A stretch of DNA of 64,000 nucleotides from NCBI GenBank assembly GCA_032123335.1, contig JAQBFN010000020.1, positions 7,540-71,539 of the forward strand. Direction: 5' to 3'. Position numbers and translations under genes: made by a program. Below are positions 10,265 to 20,018 of this stretch, piece after piece (within the stretch, counting starts at the first letter, position 1; every line of letters begins with the position of its first letter). Origin of the DNA: Candidatus Micrarchaeota archaeon (GTDB taxonomy: Archaea > Micrarchaeota > Micrarchaeia > Anstonellales > Bilamarchaeaceae). The notes under the pieces are model-generated. The model made no database searches, was not told where the DNA came from, and saw only the letters and a list, made by a program, of their open reading frames with translations.

Positions 10265-11680
10265 ATGAATTTTGAGAGTACTGCAGAAGTGCCAATTCCC
10301 CAAGACCCCTTAGAAAGGGTGATAGGCCAGGAAGAAGCAGTAAAAATCTCTCGCATAGTCTCAACTCAGAAGCGCCATCTCCTGATGGTAGGCGCCCCCG
10401 GTACAGGGAAAAGCATGATTGCGCGCACTATCGCCAACCTTTTTCATTCCCCACAGCAGGAACTCTCAGTTTTGCACAATATGGAACGCCCCGAGCGCCC
10501 GATACTTGCGGTGCGCACAAGGGAAATGCTCGAAAGGGAAAAAGGCGAAAAGGAAAAGGAATGGGGCGAGGTTCTCCATCCTGCAGAAGTTCCCTCATTT
10601 GTTTCTGAAAGGCTGGGGTTCCGCTGCAGGAGGTGCGGAGACCTTTCCATCTCCCGTGCCCTCTATTGCCAGTCCTGCGGAGCTGACAAGCATCCCAACA
10701 AGGACTCCCCCTTTGGAGACCTACTCCCAAACTCTGAACAGCGCGATGGCCGCGTCCACGCAGTCCGCATAGATGAAGAGGGGGAAGAGGAGCCGGTAAT
10801 CTACGAAAAAACCGAAGATGACCGCATCCGCAAGCTTACCTATACTGAGCTCAAGAAGCGCAGCGTTTCAAGCGCAAAGAAGCTCCGCAAGGTAATCGTT
10901 CCGCTCAACCGCCCCACATTTGTCCAGGTGGTTGGAAACAACGAAACCGAACTCCTCGGTGATGTTCGCCATGACCCATATGGGAGCCACCCTGAAATCG
11001 GGACTCCCCCTTACCTCCGCGTAACCGCGGGCGCAATCCACGAAGCCCACGAAGGCGTCCTTTACGTGGATGAGATGACCACGCTTGGGGAAGCCCAGAA
11101 ATATCTCCTCACCGCAATGCAGGAAAAAAAATTCCTGATCACCGGACGAAATCCCTCCAGCGCAGGCTCCACGGTTCGCGTTGAATCCGTTCCCTGCGAC
11201 TTCATACTCGTAGGCGCAATGAACATCAATGACCTTCCTTCCCTTTCACCCGCACTCCGCTCAAGAATCCGCGGAAGCGGCTACGAAATTGTCCTCAACA
11301 CAAACATGGAAGACACTAACTACAACCAGGAAAAAATGTCCCAGTTTGTTGCCCAGGAAATCCAGATGGATGGCCGCATCCCCCACGCCACCGCAGAAGC
11401 AGTGGAAAAAGTACTGGAGGAATCCCGCAAGATTTGCAGGATCACGGACAACAAATCCGGCCTCACGCTCCGCCTCCGCATCCTTAGCGGAATCATAAAG
11501 CTCGCAGGCGACTTCGCCTCCATAGAAAATTCCAAATTCATAGAGTCGGCCCACATGACCCAGGCAATAAAGCAGGCCAAATCCGCAGAGGAGCAACTTG
11601 AAGAAAAATACGGAAACATCTGGAGCGCAGGCATGGCTGATTACGGTGCCCGCCTCAAAAAAGGCTCAGAAATCGCCTAA
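10265..11680 (+). CDS. LonB-type AAA+ ATPase without protease domain, with Zn-ribbon insert
   Basis: DPLERVIGQEEA, GAPGTGKS, LLGDVRHDPY, GAIHEAHEGVLYVDE, ALRSRIRGSGYE; CRRC...CQSC insert; protein ends before any Ser-Lys protease domain. Confidence 0.85.
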   Translation: MNFESTAEVPIPQDPLERVIGQEEAVKISRIVSTQKRHLLMVGAPGTGKSMIARTIANLFHSPQQELSVLHNMERPERPILAVRTREMLEREKGEKEKEWGEVLHPAEVPSFVSERLGFRCRRCGDLSISRALYCQSCGADKHPNKDSPFGDLLPNSEQRDGRVHAVRIDEEGEEEPVIYEKTEDDRIRKLTYTELKKRSVSSAKKLRKVIVPLNRPTFVQVVGNNETELLGDVRHDPYGSHPEIGTPPYLRVTAGAIHEAHEGVLYVDEMTTLGEAQKYLLTAMQEKKFLITGRNPSSAGSTVRVESVPCDFILVGAMNINDLPSLSPALRSRIRGSGYEIVLNTNMEDTNYNQEKMSQFVAQEIQMDGRIPHATAEAVEKVLEESRKICRITDNKSGLTLRLRILSGIIKLAGDFASIENSKFIESAHMTQAIKQAKSAEEQLEEKYGNIWSAGMADYGARLKKGSEIA

Positions 11681-11746
11681 TTGTTGCTCTTCGTGTAAAT
11701 ACGAGTATATTTATATCTTTTTATCCCTAAATATATCCTGGTAATC

Positions 11747-12295
11747 ATGGGAAATGAAAAAGATGATGAAACGCCCAGCAGCCTTGATGATGCATTCGCA
11801 GCAATTGCAGGAATGCAATCAGTTTCCCCAGGCCCCTCAATTTTCGAGCAGCCCACAATAATGCCTCTCCCTGCAGGGGAGGAAGCAGAAAAACAGCCCG
11901 TTGTGTACCTTTCCCTTACCGAGAGGATAAACCTTGAGGAGTCCCTCCTGAAAAACTGCAGCAGCGAGACAAAGAACTGCGCTGCTGATTCGCTCGTTGA
12001 ATTTGCAGACTCCGATGAATGCACAATCGTTCATTCAAGAAGGATTTTGGATATCCTTACATTCTACAACAAAGAGAATGAAAGCCAGTTTTCTTCGCAG
12101 CTCCGCAAAGTAAAGAAATGCTTCGATAATCTGCTTGGCATATCTCATATGGAAACAATAGAATTCGAAAAAAGGGACACCTGGCCATATGAACCTGAAA
12201 GGCGAATCATGCCCCCGCGCGAAGGGAGGCAGGGCCCGAAAAAATCCCCTATGGATACAACCCTGAAGATAGGCAAATCTACTTCTAAAAAATAG
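11747..12295 (+). CDS. Hypothetical protein
   Basis: 182-aa ORF filling an intergenic space, AT-rich promoter-like sequence upstream. Confidence 0.6.
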   Translation: MGNEKDDETPSSLDDAFAAIAGMQSVSPGPSIFEQPTIMPLPAGEEAEKQPVVYLSLTERINLEESLLKNCSSETKNCAADSLVEFADSDECTIVHSRRILDILTFYNKENESQFSSQLRKVKKCFDNLLGISHMETIEFEKRDTWPYEPERRIMPPREGRQGPKKSPMDTTLKIGKSTSKK

Positions 12296-12394
12296 TTAAG
12301 GGCGGAGGGGGAGAGGACAAACAACTGTGTGGGTGGGAGGTGAGCTGCCCTTCTCCGGTCGCCTCGCGCCTAATACTCTCCGCTTTCGCGGAAA

Positions 12395-12826
12395 TTAGCG
12401 CAAGAGGAAGTACATTTTTCTTCCTACTTGTATTTTTTCCAGAACACCCTGCTTCGTTAGCCTATTCAGCCTCGAGCTCGCTGCATTGCTGCCCTTGTAA
12501 CCGAATTCTTTCTGAACATCCCGTGCGGTGGACTTGCCTGCCTTGGCAACAAAGTCTACTATTTTCTGGTCTATTTCGGAGAGGAACGCGTTTTGGGGAG
12601 GTACGCTCGCTTCCTTACCAGCCTCGATCTTATCCAACCGCGCCAGGACATTCTTTAGTACTCGGTTCGTGTTTTCCCTTTCTTCCAGGAGCTTGTAGGC
12701 TATGGTCGCTAGCACTACCGGGTCCTTGAATTTCTCAAGGTTCTCCCTCAACTCTTCCTCTATTTCTTTCTGGAGGTACGGGGACGGCACGCTTTTAAAC
12801 TTTTCCTTCGATTGTCTCTCGGGCAT
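12395..12826 (-). CDS. Coiled-coil plus winged-helix DNA-binding protein
   Basis: C-terminal LSEIDQKIVDFV...STARDVQKEFGYKGSNAASSRLNRL...EKIQVGRK wHTH pattern. Confidence 0.75.
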   Translation of the reverse strand: MPERQSKEKFKSVPSPYLQKEIEEELRENLEKFKDPVVLATIAYKLLEERENTNRVLKNVLARLDKIEAGKEASVPPQNAFLSEIDQKIVDFVAKAGKSTARDVQKEFGYKGSNAASSRLNRLTKQGVLEKIQVGRKMYFLLR

Positions 12827-12876
12827 TTTTTACTTGCCTCACTTGGGTGTCTGTTGTTGCGACAAACTTGTGCAAC

Positions 12877-12898
12877 TGTCATGACATTATCATGATAA
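12877..12898. promoter_or_regulatory. Tandem palindromes TGTCATGACA and TTATCATGATAA, probable operator
   Basis: Two abutting perfect palindromes with a TCATGA core next to a TTTATAAG TATA-like box upstream of the wHTH gene. Confidence 0.55.
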
Positions 12899-13020
12899 GT
12901 TTATAAGCCTCACATTTTCCCCTCTTCTCTCCGTCGAAACTCTTTTTCAAAATAGCCCCAAAAATGCCCTTTTTTGCCCCAAATAGCTCAATTTTTATAA
13001 GTTACTCCAGATACTCCAAC

Positions 13021-13578
13021 ATGCTCGACCTCCCGACTGCCGCCAAATTGGTGCAAGACGCATTCAGGACCAGGAACCAGCGCAAGATGCGCAAGGCTAA
13101 TGACAAGATCATGAGGGAATGGATTCTCTCTCCTTCCAATGAGCTATACCAACTCTCCGTTTACTCATATGTGCTCGCGAAAATACTTTCCAAGCCCCGC
13201 TTCATGGGCAGAACATACTCGGGAAAGCACAAGGAAATAGATTCCCTCCTTTCACGGCTCGTTTCCCTTGCACAAAAAAACAACCAAAAGGAATTCTCCC
13301 AAACCCTCCTCACCCTCAAGGCATCAATCCAGGATGTGGAAAGCTCGGATGCGCGATACATAAAGAACATGATGGAAAAGGGCCGCCTCAAAACCGCGGC
13401 CACCCTTTATGCACAGGGCATATCGCTTTCTGCCGCCTCCGAAATGACCGGAGTGGAGAAACAGGAGATAATGGACTATGCGGGAAAAACCCTGATGTTT
13501 GACCGCATGGGAGAAGGGGAAAACCTTCCCAAGCGCCTGAAAAAAGCAAGGAAAATACTCATGGGTGGTAAAAAATGA
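13021..13578 (+). CDS. Helical protein with C-terminal UPF0175-like HTH
   Basis: ATLYAQGISLSAASEMTGVEKQEIMDYAG; stop overlaps the next start. Confidence 0.65.
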   Translation: MLDLPTAAKLVQDAFRTRNQRKMRKANDKIMREWILSPSNELYQLSVYSYVLAKILSKPRFMGRTYSGKHKEIDSLLSRLVSLAQKNNQKEFSQTLLTLKASIQDVESSDARYIKNMMEKGRLKTAATLYAQGISLSAASEMTGVEKQEIMDYAGKTLMFDRMGEGENLPKRLKKARKILMGGKK

Positions 13579-14261
13579 AAACCAACTACGTTCTCTGTGA
13601 TGCGAGCTCCCTCATTTCCCTCACAGTCTCCTGCCTCGATAGCCTTCTCCCGTTTTTCCAGGAGAAGTTCGGGATTCGCTTCCTGATTCCCAAATCAGTT
13701 GAATATGAAGCAGTAACCCGCCCACTTTCTTTCAAGAGCAAGATACACAGCTTTTCCGCCCTCCGCATCAAGGACATGATACATGATGAGGTAATTGAAG
13801 TAGTTTCTGATAACGCAGAAGAGGAAACAAAGGAGCTGATGAGGCTTGGAAACAGCATATTCCATGCACGTGGCCGCACTGTCCGCCTAATGCACATGGG
13901 CGAAACCGAGATGCTCGTTCTTGCAAGCCGCCTCCAGGTACCATCTCTCCTCATGGATGAGCGCACAACCCGCATACTTGTAGAGGATCCAATCTCAATG
14001 AAGAAGCACCTCCAGCATGAATTCCGTGCAAACATAATGGTGAACAAGAAGAATCTCCTGGATTTCTCTTCCAAGGTAAAAGACCTGGACGTAATCCGCA
14101 GCACCGAGCTTCTTTACCTCGCATATGAAAACGGCTTCCTCAAGCACTTCAACGACATAGAAAAAGACGCTGCGGAAGCAGCCCTTTACAATCTCAAATA
14201 CGCGGGCTGCGCAGTAAGCTTCAACGAACTCAAGGAATATGCAAAGTTGATGGTGAAATGA
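13575..14261 (+). CDS. PIN-domain protein (DUF3368-like)
   Basis: VLCDASSLI, PKSVEYEA, HMGETEMLVLA and LLMDER supply the acidic PIN residues. Confidence 0.75.
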   Translation: MKTNYVLCDASSLISLTVSCLDSLLPFFQEKFGIRFLIPKSVEYEAVTRPLSFKSKIHSFSALRIKDMIHDEVIEVVSDNAEEETKELMRLGNSIFHARGRTVRLMHMGETEMLVLASRLQVPSLLMDERTTRILVEDPISMKKHLQHEFRANIMVNKKNLLDFSSKVKDLDVIRSTELLYLAYENGFLKHFNDIEKDAAEAALYNLKYAGCAVSFNELKEYAKLMVK

Positions 14262-14923
14262 ACAAGGCCCTAATCGCAATGGATACCCGCGAAGACTCCT
14301 CCTTCCGGGAACTCCTGGAATCCCACGGTGCAGAAGTCCAGGTTTCTCCTCTCCCAGTGGGAGATTTCATCTGCTCCGACCGCACAGTGATAGAGCGCAA
14401 AACCCGCTCTGATTTTGAATCCTCAGTAATTGATGGCCGCCTCTTTGACCAGCTTTCCCGCCTCTCTTCTTCCTATTCCCGCGTAATCCTCATTATAGAA
14501 GGAACAGAATCTCCCGGCACTCTCCAGAAGCCCTCCCTCCTTGGCGCATACTCCTCCGTTCTCACAGACTACGGGGCAGGAATGTTCTTCACCCGCTCAC
14601 CCGAATCCACCGCAGAACTAATTTATGCAATTGCAAAGCACGAGCAGCTGATGGAGAAGCGCCCCCTCCGCATAAGCGGAAAGCCCAAAGGCAAAACCCT
14701 CCCCCAAAACCAGATTGCAATCGTAGAAATGCTCCCCCTCGTAGGCCCGAAAATGGCCCGCACCCTCCTTGAAAATTTCGGCACCATAGAGAACCTTTTC
14801 AACGCTTCTGAAGAAGACCTCCTCAAGATTGAAGGCCTTGGAAAAAAGAAGGCAAATGTAATCCGCAAGGCCCTCACCACCCCCTACGAACCCGAAGAAG
14901 AAATCCCACCGGAAGAATACTAA
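14258..14923 (+). CDS. xpf: Short XPF/ERCC4 structure-specific endonuclease with HhH2
   Basis: DTRE, GDF, ERKTxxD motifs; LPLVGPK and IEGLGKKKA HhH motifs. Confidence 0.9.
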   Translation: MNKALIAMDTREDSSFRELLESHGAEVQVSPLPVGDFICSDRTVIERKTRSDFESSVIDGRLFDQLSRLSSSYSRVILIIEGTESPGTLQKPSLLGAYSSVLTDYGAGMFFTRSPESTAELIYAIAKHEQLMEKRPLRISGKPKGKTLPQNQIAIVEMLPLVGPKMARTLLENFGTIENLFNASEEDLLKIEGLGKKKANVIRKALTTPYEPEEEIPPEEY

Positions 14924-14959
14924 GAATACCCTTTTATTACTTATTTCCGATATGTGCAC

Positions 14960-15877
14960 ATGATTCTCCCCGTCAGAGGTAAATCCATAGGCCTGGACAA
15001 GGGAAAGTGCGACCTCCCATTCCTTTCGCACGCCCACGGGGACCACACAAGCGGGATGAAATCCAAAGAAGAAATCATTGCAACCGAAGCAACAATCGAG
15101 CTCGCCCGCCTTTCCGCTTCCTCAGTTTCCCACCCTGGAACCGAACTCCTCAACGCCGGCCACATCCTAGGCTCCACCCAGCTTTGGGCCGAATCCGATG
15201 GCTCCACTACCCTTTACACAGGGGATTTCCGCACCCAGGACGGAATCTACACAAAAGGCGCAACCCCCAAGGAAGCTGACCGCCTCATAATTGAATGCAC
15301 CTATGGAGACCCCTCAATCACTTTCCCCCCACTTGAAGAAACATACTCCCAGATTTCCCGCTGGGTAAAATCCAACTCCAACGCCATCCTTGTTTTCGGT
15401 GCTTATAATCTAGGAAAAACCCAGGAACTAATCAAAATCCTCAACGAGTACTGCTCCATAACCCCAGTAGTTACCCAGGAATCCGAGCACTTTAACCAGG
15501 TTTACGAAAAGCACGGAGTCAAACTCGACCGCGTAGTTGTAGGAACAGATGAAGCAGAAGAAGTTATGCGCGGCCCCTTCGTATCCATTGCCCCCCCACG
15601 CATTGCAAAGCGCACCTTCACCTCCAAGCTCTCCGGAGCCTTCAACCTTCCAGCCTACTCCGCACTTGTTTCCGGCTGGGTCCAGAAATACCGCACACGT
15701 GTGGATGCGGGCTTCCCTCTCAGCGACCACTCAGACTTCAACGATATCCTGGAATATATTGACCTCGTAAACCCAAAAGAAGTTGTATTCGTGCACGGGG
15801 ATGGCTCCCATTTAATGCGCGCCCTCAACAAAAGAAAAGGAACCTTATTCGCCTCGCTTGGGGGCAGCAGCCCATAA
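14960..15877 (+). CDS. Metallo-beta-lactamase / beta-CASP exonuclease
   Basis: SHAHGDH, AGHILGS, YTGDF, ECTYG, LSDHSD, VHG; start codon uncertain (14954 or 14960). Confidence 0.85.
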   Translation: MILPVRGKSIGLDKGKCDLPFLSHAHGDHTSGMKSKEEIIATEATIELARLSASSVSHPGTELLNAGHILGSTQLWAESDGSTTLYTGDFRTQDGIYTKGATPKEADRLIIECTYGDPSITFPPLEETYSQISRWVKSNSNAILVFGAYNLGKTQELIKILNEYCSITPVVTQESEHFNQVYEKHGVKLDRVVVGTDEAEEVMRGPFVSIAPPRIAKRTFTSKLSGAFNLPAYSALVSGWVQKYRTRVDAGFPLSDHSDFNDILEYIDLVNPKEVVFVHGDGSHLMRALNKRKGTLFASLGGSSP

Positions 15878-15927
15878 TCCTTTTTTAATCTATCCATACT
15901 CAATATATCTCTCAACCTTACTACCAT

Positions 15928-16000
15928 GGCCATGGTAGTGTAGCTGGCATCACGGGGGGTTGTGGTCCCCTTAACCCGAGTTCGAATCTCGGTCATGGCC
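15928..16000 (+). tRNA. tRNA-His (GTG) with encoded G-1
   Basis: Acceptor GCCATGG/TCATGGC; anticodon loop TTGTGGT; GTTCGAATC T-loop; C discriminator. Confidence 0.93.
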
Positions 16001-16032
16001 CTTCAATTCCGGCCCATCAGAAAAAGAGTAAT

Positions 16033-16308
16033 TCAAACCTTCACTTTTTTCATTCCGTTCATCATCTTCCTGTAAACAACCAGGATAATAAATCCGATAA
16101 CAGTCGCAATTAAAGCAACGCTAAAATCCACCACTACCACAGAGTGCGATGCAAGCACATCTCCGAGCAGCCCTACCAGCAAGTCCTTCAAAAATTGCGC
16201 CCACAATATTGCGATTGCCACTATAATCCCGAACTTCAGGCTGCGCGGAACCCCGTCCCCAACTCCCATAATCGGTTTCTTGGGTTTATTGTTGGCCATA
16301 AACCCCAA
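16033..16308 (-). CDS. Small two-TM membrane protein
   Basis: Two hydrophobic helices (FGIIVAIAILWAQF; VALIATVIGFIILVVY). Confidence 0.65.
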   Translation of the reverse strand: MGFMANNKPKKPIMGVGDGVPRSLKFGIIVAIAILWAQFLKDLLVGLLGDVLASHSVVVVDFSVALIATVIGFIILVVYRKMMNGMKKVKV

Positions 16309-16388
16309 TCTCCTGAAAACTTTTTAAATCCGCAATCAATCAAAAGCCTTTAAAATCTCCCAACCAAAATCACTCAGGGTGAGCCTCC

Positions 16389-17354
16389 TTGAAAAAGTTC
16401 CTTACGAACAAATACCAAATCGCGCTCGATGTACTAATTTCCTTAATAATAGTTGCAGCGCTGCTCCACTTCGCAGGCTTCAATGAATTCATAGACGCGC
16501 TCGCCAACATCAACCTTTTCTGGCTCATCATCTCTATCATTCTCCTGCTCGGAATGTACATAATGATGACTTTCCGGATGAAAATCCTCCTGGATGAAAT
16601 GAAATCCCCGCTCCCCTGGCTCTCAATTTTCAAGTGCCACCTCACCGGAATGCTCCTCTCGGATATAACTCCCGCAAGAAGCGGCTACCTCGCAACCGCA
16701 GCAGTACTGCACAAGAACTACAAAGTCCCCTCAGAAAAAGCCATGGTCGCCATACTCGGCCCCCAGGCCTATGATTTCATTTTCAAAATAGTTGTGGGCG
16801 GTCTCGCAATCCTCTTCCTGCTTGAATACGTAGGAATCGAAAACGGCTGGATTATGTACTTAGGAGTCGCAGGCCTCTCCTTCGTCCTGCTCATAATGCT
16901 CCTCCTGATGTATTCCCGCCGCTTCCTCAATGCTTTCAAGTTCTCAGAAAACTGGCCATTCTTAGGAAAGATTTACGCAATGTTTCATCGCGTGCAGGAC
17001 CATTCAGATGTAGTAATCAAGAAAACCCCCATTCTCATAACATTATTGCTAATAACCTGGACCCTGAAAGCATTCTCCTGGTATGCAATCGCCCTCTCCC
17101 TAAACATGACCCTAAACTTCCCTTACCCTGAAGAAGCATTCTATTTCTTTTTCCAGCCCCTTGCAACAATGCTCGAATTCGTTCCCACTCCAACCCTCGC
17201 AGGCCTAGGATTCAGCGAAGCCGGAGGCGTACTCATCCTTTCCCTATTCGGAGTAACCGCAGCCCAGGCAACAGCCTTCATGCTCGTTGCCCGCTTCAAA
17301 ACCACACTAGTAAATCTCCCGGGAATAGAAGAAGCCCTAAAACTAATCAAATAA
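16389..17354 (+). CDS. UPF0104 / lysylphosphatidylglycerol-synthase TM-domain (flippase-like) protein
   Basis: ITPARSG and VPTPTLAGLGFSEAG motifs; multi-TM. Confidence 0.8.
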   Translation: MKKFLTNKYQIALDVLISLIIVAALLHFAGFNEFIDALANINLFWLIISIILLLGMYIMMTFRMKILLDEMKSPLPWLSIFKCHLTGMLLSDITPARSGYLATAAVLHKNYKVPSEKAMVAILGPQAYDFIFKIVVGGLAILFLLEYVGIENGWIMYLGVAGLSFVLLIMLLLMYSRRFLNAFKFSENWPFLGKIYAMFHRVQDHSDVVIKKTPILITLLLITWTLKAFSWYAIALSLNMTLNFPYPEEAFYFFFQPLATMLEFVPTPTLAGLGFSEAGGVLILSLFGVTAAQATAFMLVARFKTTLVNLPGIEEALKLIK

Positions 17355-17978
17355 TCACAATCTAATCATAAAAGTAGTCCTGTACACCCTTCTCCCTTCC
17401 TTCTCCCCAGCAAGCGTCTTGCTTATTTTCGCCTTTAATTTAAGCTCTGCAAGCATCTCCACAACCGCTTTGGAGTCCCCAACGTACAAATCCATACCCT
17501 CCTTCTTTTCTTCCTCCTTAGTCAGGAATGTTCTCTTGCCCAGCATTTTCTTGAGGGTCCAGTATGCCTTTTTTATCCTTCCCGAAGGCCCACGAAGCTG
17601 TATGATCGCCTCGAAATACCCCCCACTCTGCCTTGAGCAGGCCTGGCATACCGTCTTCACAACGGTAGCATTAATCTTCTCCTTTACAGGGAACATTGTG
17701 CTCTTGTCCCCCACATAAAAAGTAGCCTCCTGCTGCCTGAAATCATAGCTTCCGCTAATAAATTCCCCTTTGCATTTTGAAATCACTTCCTTTGCAAGCT
17801 TGCTCTCGTCTGCATTCACCCAGTTGCCCTTGAGCCTCACCTTCCCGCATTTGGTACAGCGGATATACTCCAGCCTTTTAGGGCACTTGATATGCACGGG
17901 CTTGCATTTTATGCAAAACGGGCCTGAAAAAGGAACCTCCTTATCTGAGACCCCGCACTTTGCACACCTTAATTCCAT
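17355..17978 (-). CDS. nmd3: NMD3 family ribosome biogenesis protein
   Basis: Four CxxC pairs; CQACSRQSGGYFEAIIQLRG; YRTTFMIRL. Confidence 0.88.
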   Translation of the reverse strand: MELRCAKCGVSDKEVPFSGPFCIKCKPVHIKCPKRLEYIRCTKCGKVRLKGNWVNADESKLAKEVISKCKGEFISGSYDFRQQEATFYVGDKSTMFPVKEKINATVVKTVCQACSRQSGGYFEAIIQLRGPSGRIKKAYWTLKKMLGKRTFLTKEEEKKEGMDLYVGDSKAVVEMLAELKLKAKISKTLAGEKEGRRVYRTTFMIRL

Positions 17979-18044
17979 ATAGCTAATTTAGCCATCCACC
18001 TTCTTTAAATAGCTTACTAATTATAGACTCCAAAAGGTGAGCAG

Positions 18045-18257
18045 ATGGAATTTGAAGAGGATGGGCCATACACAGCAAATTCTGAATTACGCTACATAAC
18101 CCTGGAGCTCATGCGCCTAGCCGAAAAGAAGAACACCACCTTCGAGCAGATGGCAGAAGATTACGTAAAGAATACCTTCCACCTGAAGAAGCTCATAGAG
18201 GAAAAAGAGTTCCCGGAAAAAACTTTAAAAAGTAAGGAAGGGATCGGTTATCCATGA
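18045..18257 (+). CDS. Small hypothetical protein
   Basis: GGTGA SD; stop overlaps the next start (ATGA). Confidence 0.6.
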   Translation: MEFEEDGPYTANSELRYITLELMRLAEKKNTTFEQMAEDYVKNTFHLKKLIEEKEFPEKTLKSKEGIGYP

Positions 18258-20014
18258 GCAATATAGAAAAGGCAGTCTCACTCACTAAATATTTTGTAAA
18301 CCTGCCTAAAACACCCTATACTCTCTCTTTCATATTTTTGCTTTCCCTATTCCTGGGTTTGGGCATTTCCATCCTCACAGGGGAGTCTCTCGTGGAAACA
18401 ATCTTCACAGGCATATTCATACTCACCATTCCCAGCTTCCTCTCAATAATTGTAGGCAAAGCCCTGATGTCCAGGGTCCCTGTCCGCAGGATTGCCGCCA
18501 CAGCATTCCTTGGTGCAGTAATCTATGCCATTACTTACCTGATTGCCCTCTCCCTCCAGCTGTTTTCCCCTGAAGGCACAAGCGCAATATTCGTAGGAAG
18601 CGCCCTGGTATTCGTACTATTTTACACAACTGCAAGGATAATTTTCGTGCACAAATGGCGTTCCCTCATTTTCGCGGTGCTCCAGCTCTTCCTCACCGCA
18701 ATCTTCCTGATAACAGATGGTTTCCTCCCTGTATCTGCAGGAGACCCCTTCAATGTGCTAGTCAAGTTTTATCTTTCTGCATTCGTACTCCTTGCCGGCC
18801 TCTACCTCTTCTTCCTGCTCATAAATGCGCCCATGAAGCGCACGTTCGGAGTTACCTCCACCGATGCAGTTTCAATGTTCTTCTCCCAGTGGTTCTATGA
18901 CAAAAAAGACATGGAGAAAACCTTCCGCAAAGTAGGCGAAACCGTAACCACCTACATTTCCCTCCTCCTTTTCCGCCGCAAAGACGGCGATTTCGCATTC
19001 GTAGTCCCCGGAGTCCATTTTGGCCCCTTTGGCAACCTGGGCGGAAGCAACTTCTCCTACCTCATTGCAGAAGAACTCGAAAAGAAGCACAAAACAAAAT
19101 CATTCGTTTTCCACGGTCCCGCAACCCACGACCTCAACCCGGTTTCCACATCCGAGCTCAAGAAAATAACTGATTCCTGCTCAGAAATACTCTCAAGCGC
19201 AAAGCCCATGTCCTCCAAGGTTTCCCTTTCCGCTTCAACCACAGAGCATGCAATTGCAGAATCCCTCAACTTCAAAAACCACTCCTTTATCGGAATGAGC
19301 CGTGCCCCCAAAACCACTGAGGATATGTCCCTGGGCACCGGGATGGCTCTTGCAGCAACCGCAGAAAAGCACGTCTCCTCCGCAACAATTGTAGACCAGC
19401 ACAATGCAGAAACAGGGGAAATGGAGTACATAGAGCCCGGAACCAGGATGTGCTTCCAGTACCTAGAAGCACTGGAAGATGCGCTCTCCAAAAAGCCCAA
19501 GGAAAACAAGCTCAAAGCCGGATTCGCATTCGGCTCAAGCGATTCTTCTCGCATCGGCCCTGCAGGCATCAAGGTTGCAGCCCTCTCCACAGACCCGGAA
19601 TATGTAGTAATCCTTCCCGATGCAAACGGCATCACCCCCACCTTTCGCAGGCGCATCATGACCGCAGTGGATTCCCTCTACCGCACAGAAGGCTGGGGCC
19701 CCGCAGTCCCGGCAGTCTACACAACCGACACCCACAAGGTAAACACTGTCCGCGGTGTAGTAAACCCTCTCAAAGAAAACGACGTAATCCTCAACCAGAT
19801 TCTCTTCCTTGTAAAGCATGCCCATGAAGACATGAAGGATGCCCAATTCTACGCAGAAAAGCGTACAATGGATATCCGTGCACTTGGAGCAAAGCAGGCA
19901 ATCGAAATCATTTCCACAATAAACTCAATCGTTGCAATCTCAAAAGTTGCCGCACCCATTATAATAATTTCAGGCATATTAGCCATACTCTGGATAATTT
20001 CCAACTTAGGATGA
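18254..20014 (+). CDS. DUF2070 family membrane protein
   Basis: N-terminal TMs; VHFGPFGNLGGS, FHGPATHDLNP, DQHNA, TTDTH. Confidence 0.85.
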   Translation: MSNIEKAVSLTKYFVNLPKTPYTLSFIFLLSLFLGLGISILTGESLVETIFTGIFILTIPSFLSIIVGKALMSRVPVRRIAATAFLGAVIYAITYLIALSLQLFSPEGTSAIFVGSALVFVLFYTTARIIFVHKWRSLIFAVLQLFLTAIFLITDGFLPVSAGDPFNVLVKFYLSAFVLLAGLYLFFLLINAPMKRTFGVTSTDAVSMFFSQWFYDKKDMEKTFRKVGETVTTYISLLLFRRKDGDFAFVVPGVHFGPFGNLGGSNFSYLIAEELEKKHKTKSFVFHGPATHDLNPVSTSELKKITDSCSEILSSAKPMSSKVSLSASTTEHAIAESLNFKNHSFIGMSRAPKTTEDMSLGTGMALAATAEKHVSSATIVDQHNAETGEMEYIEPGTRMCFQYLEALEDALSKKPKENKLKAGFAFGSSDSSRIGPAGIKVAALSTDPEYVVILPDANGITPTFRRRIMTAVDSLYRTEGWGPAVPAVYTTDTHKVNTVRGVVNPLKENDVILNQILFLVKHAHEDMKDAQFYAEKRTMDIRALGAKQAIEIISTINSIVAISKVAAPIIIISGILAILWIISNLG

Positions 20015-20018
20015 TCAC

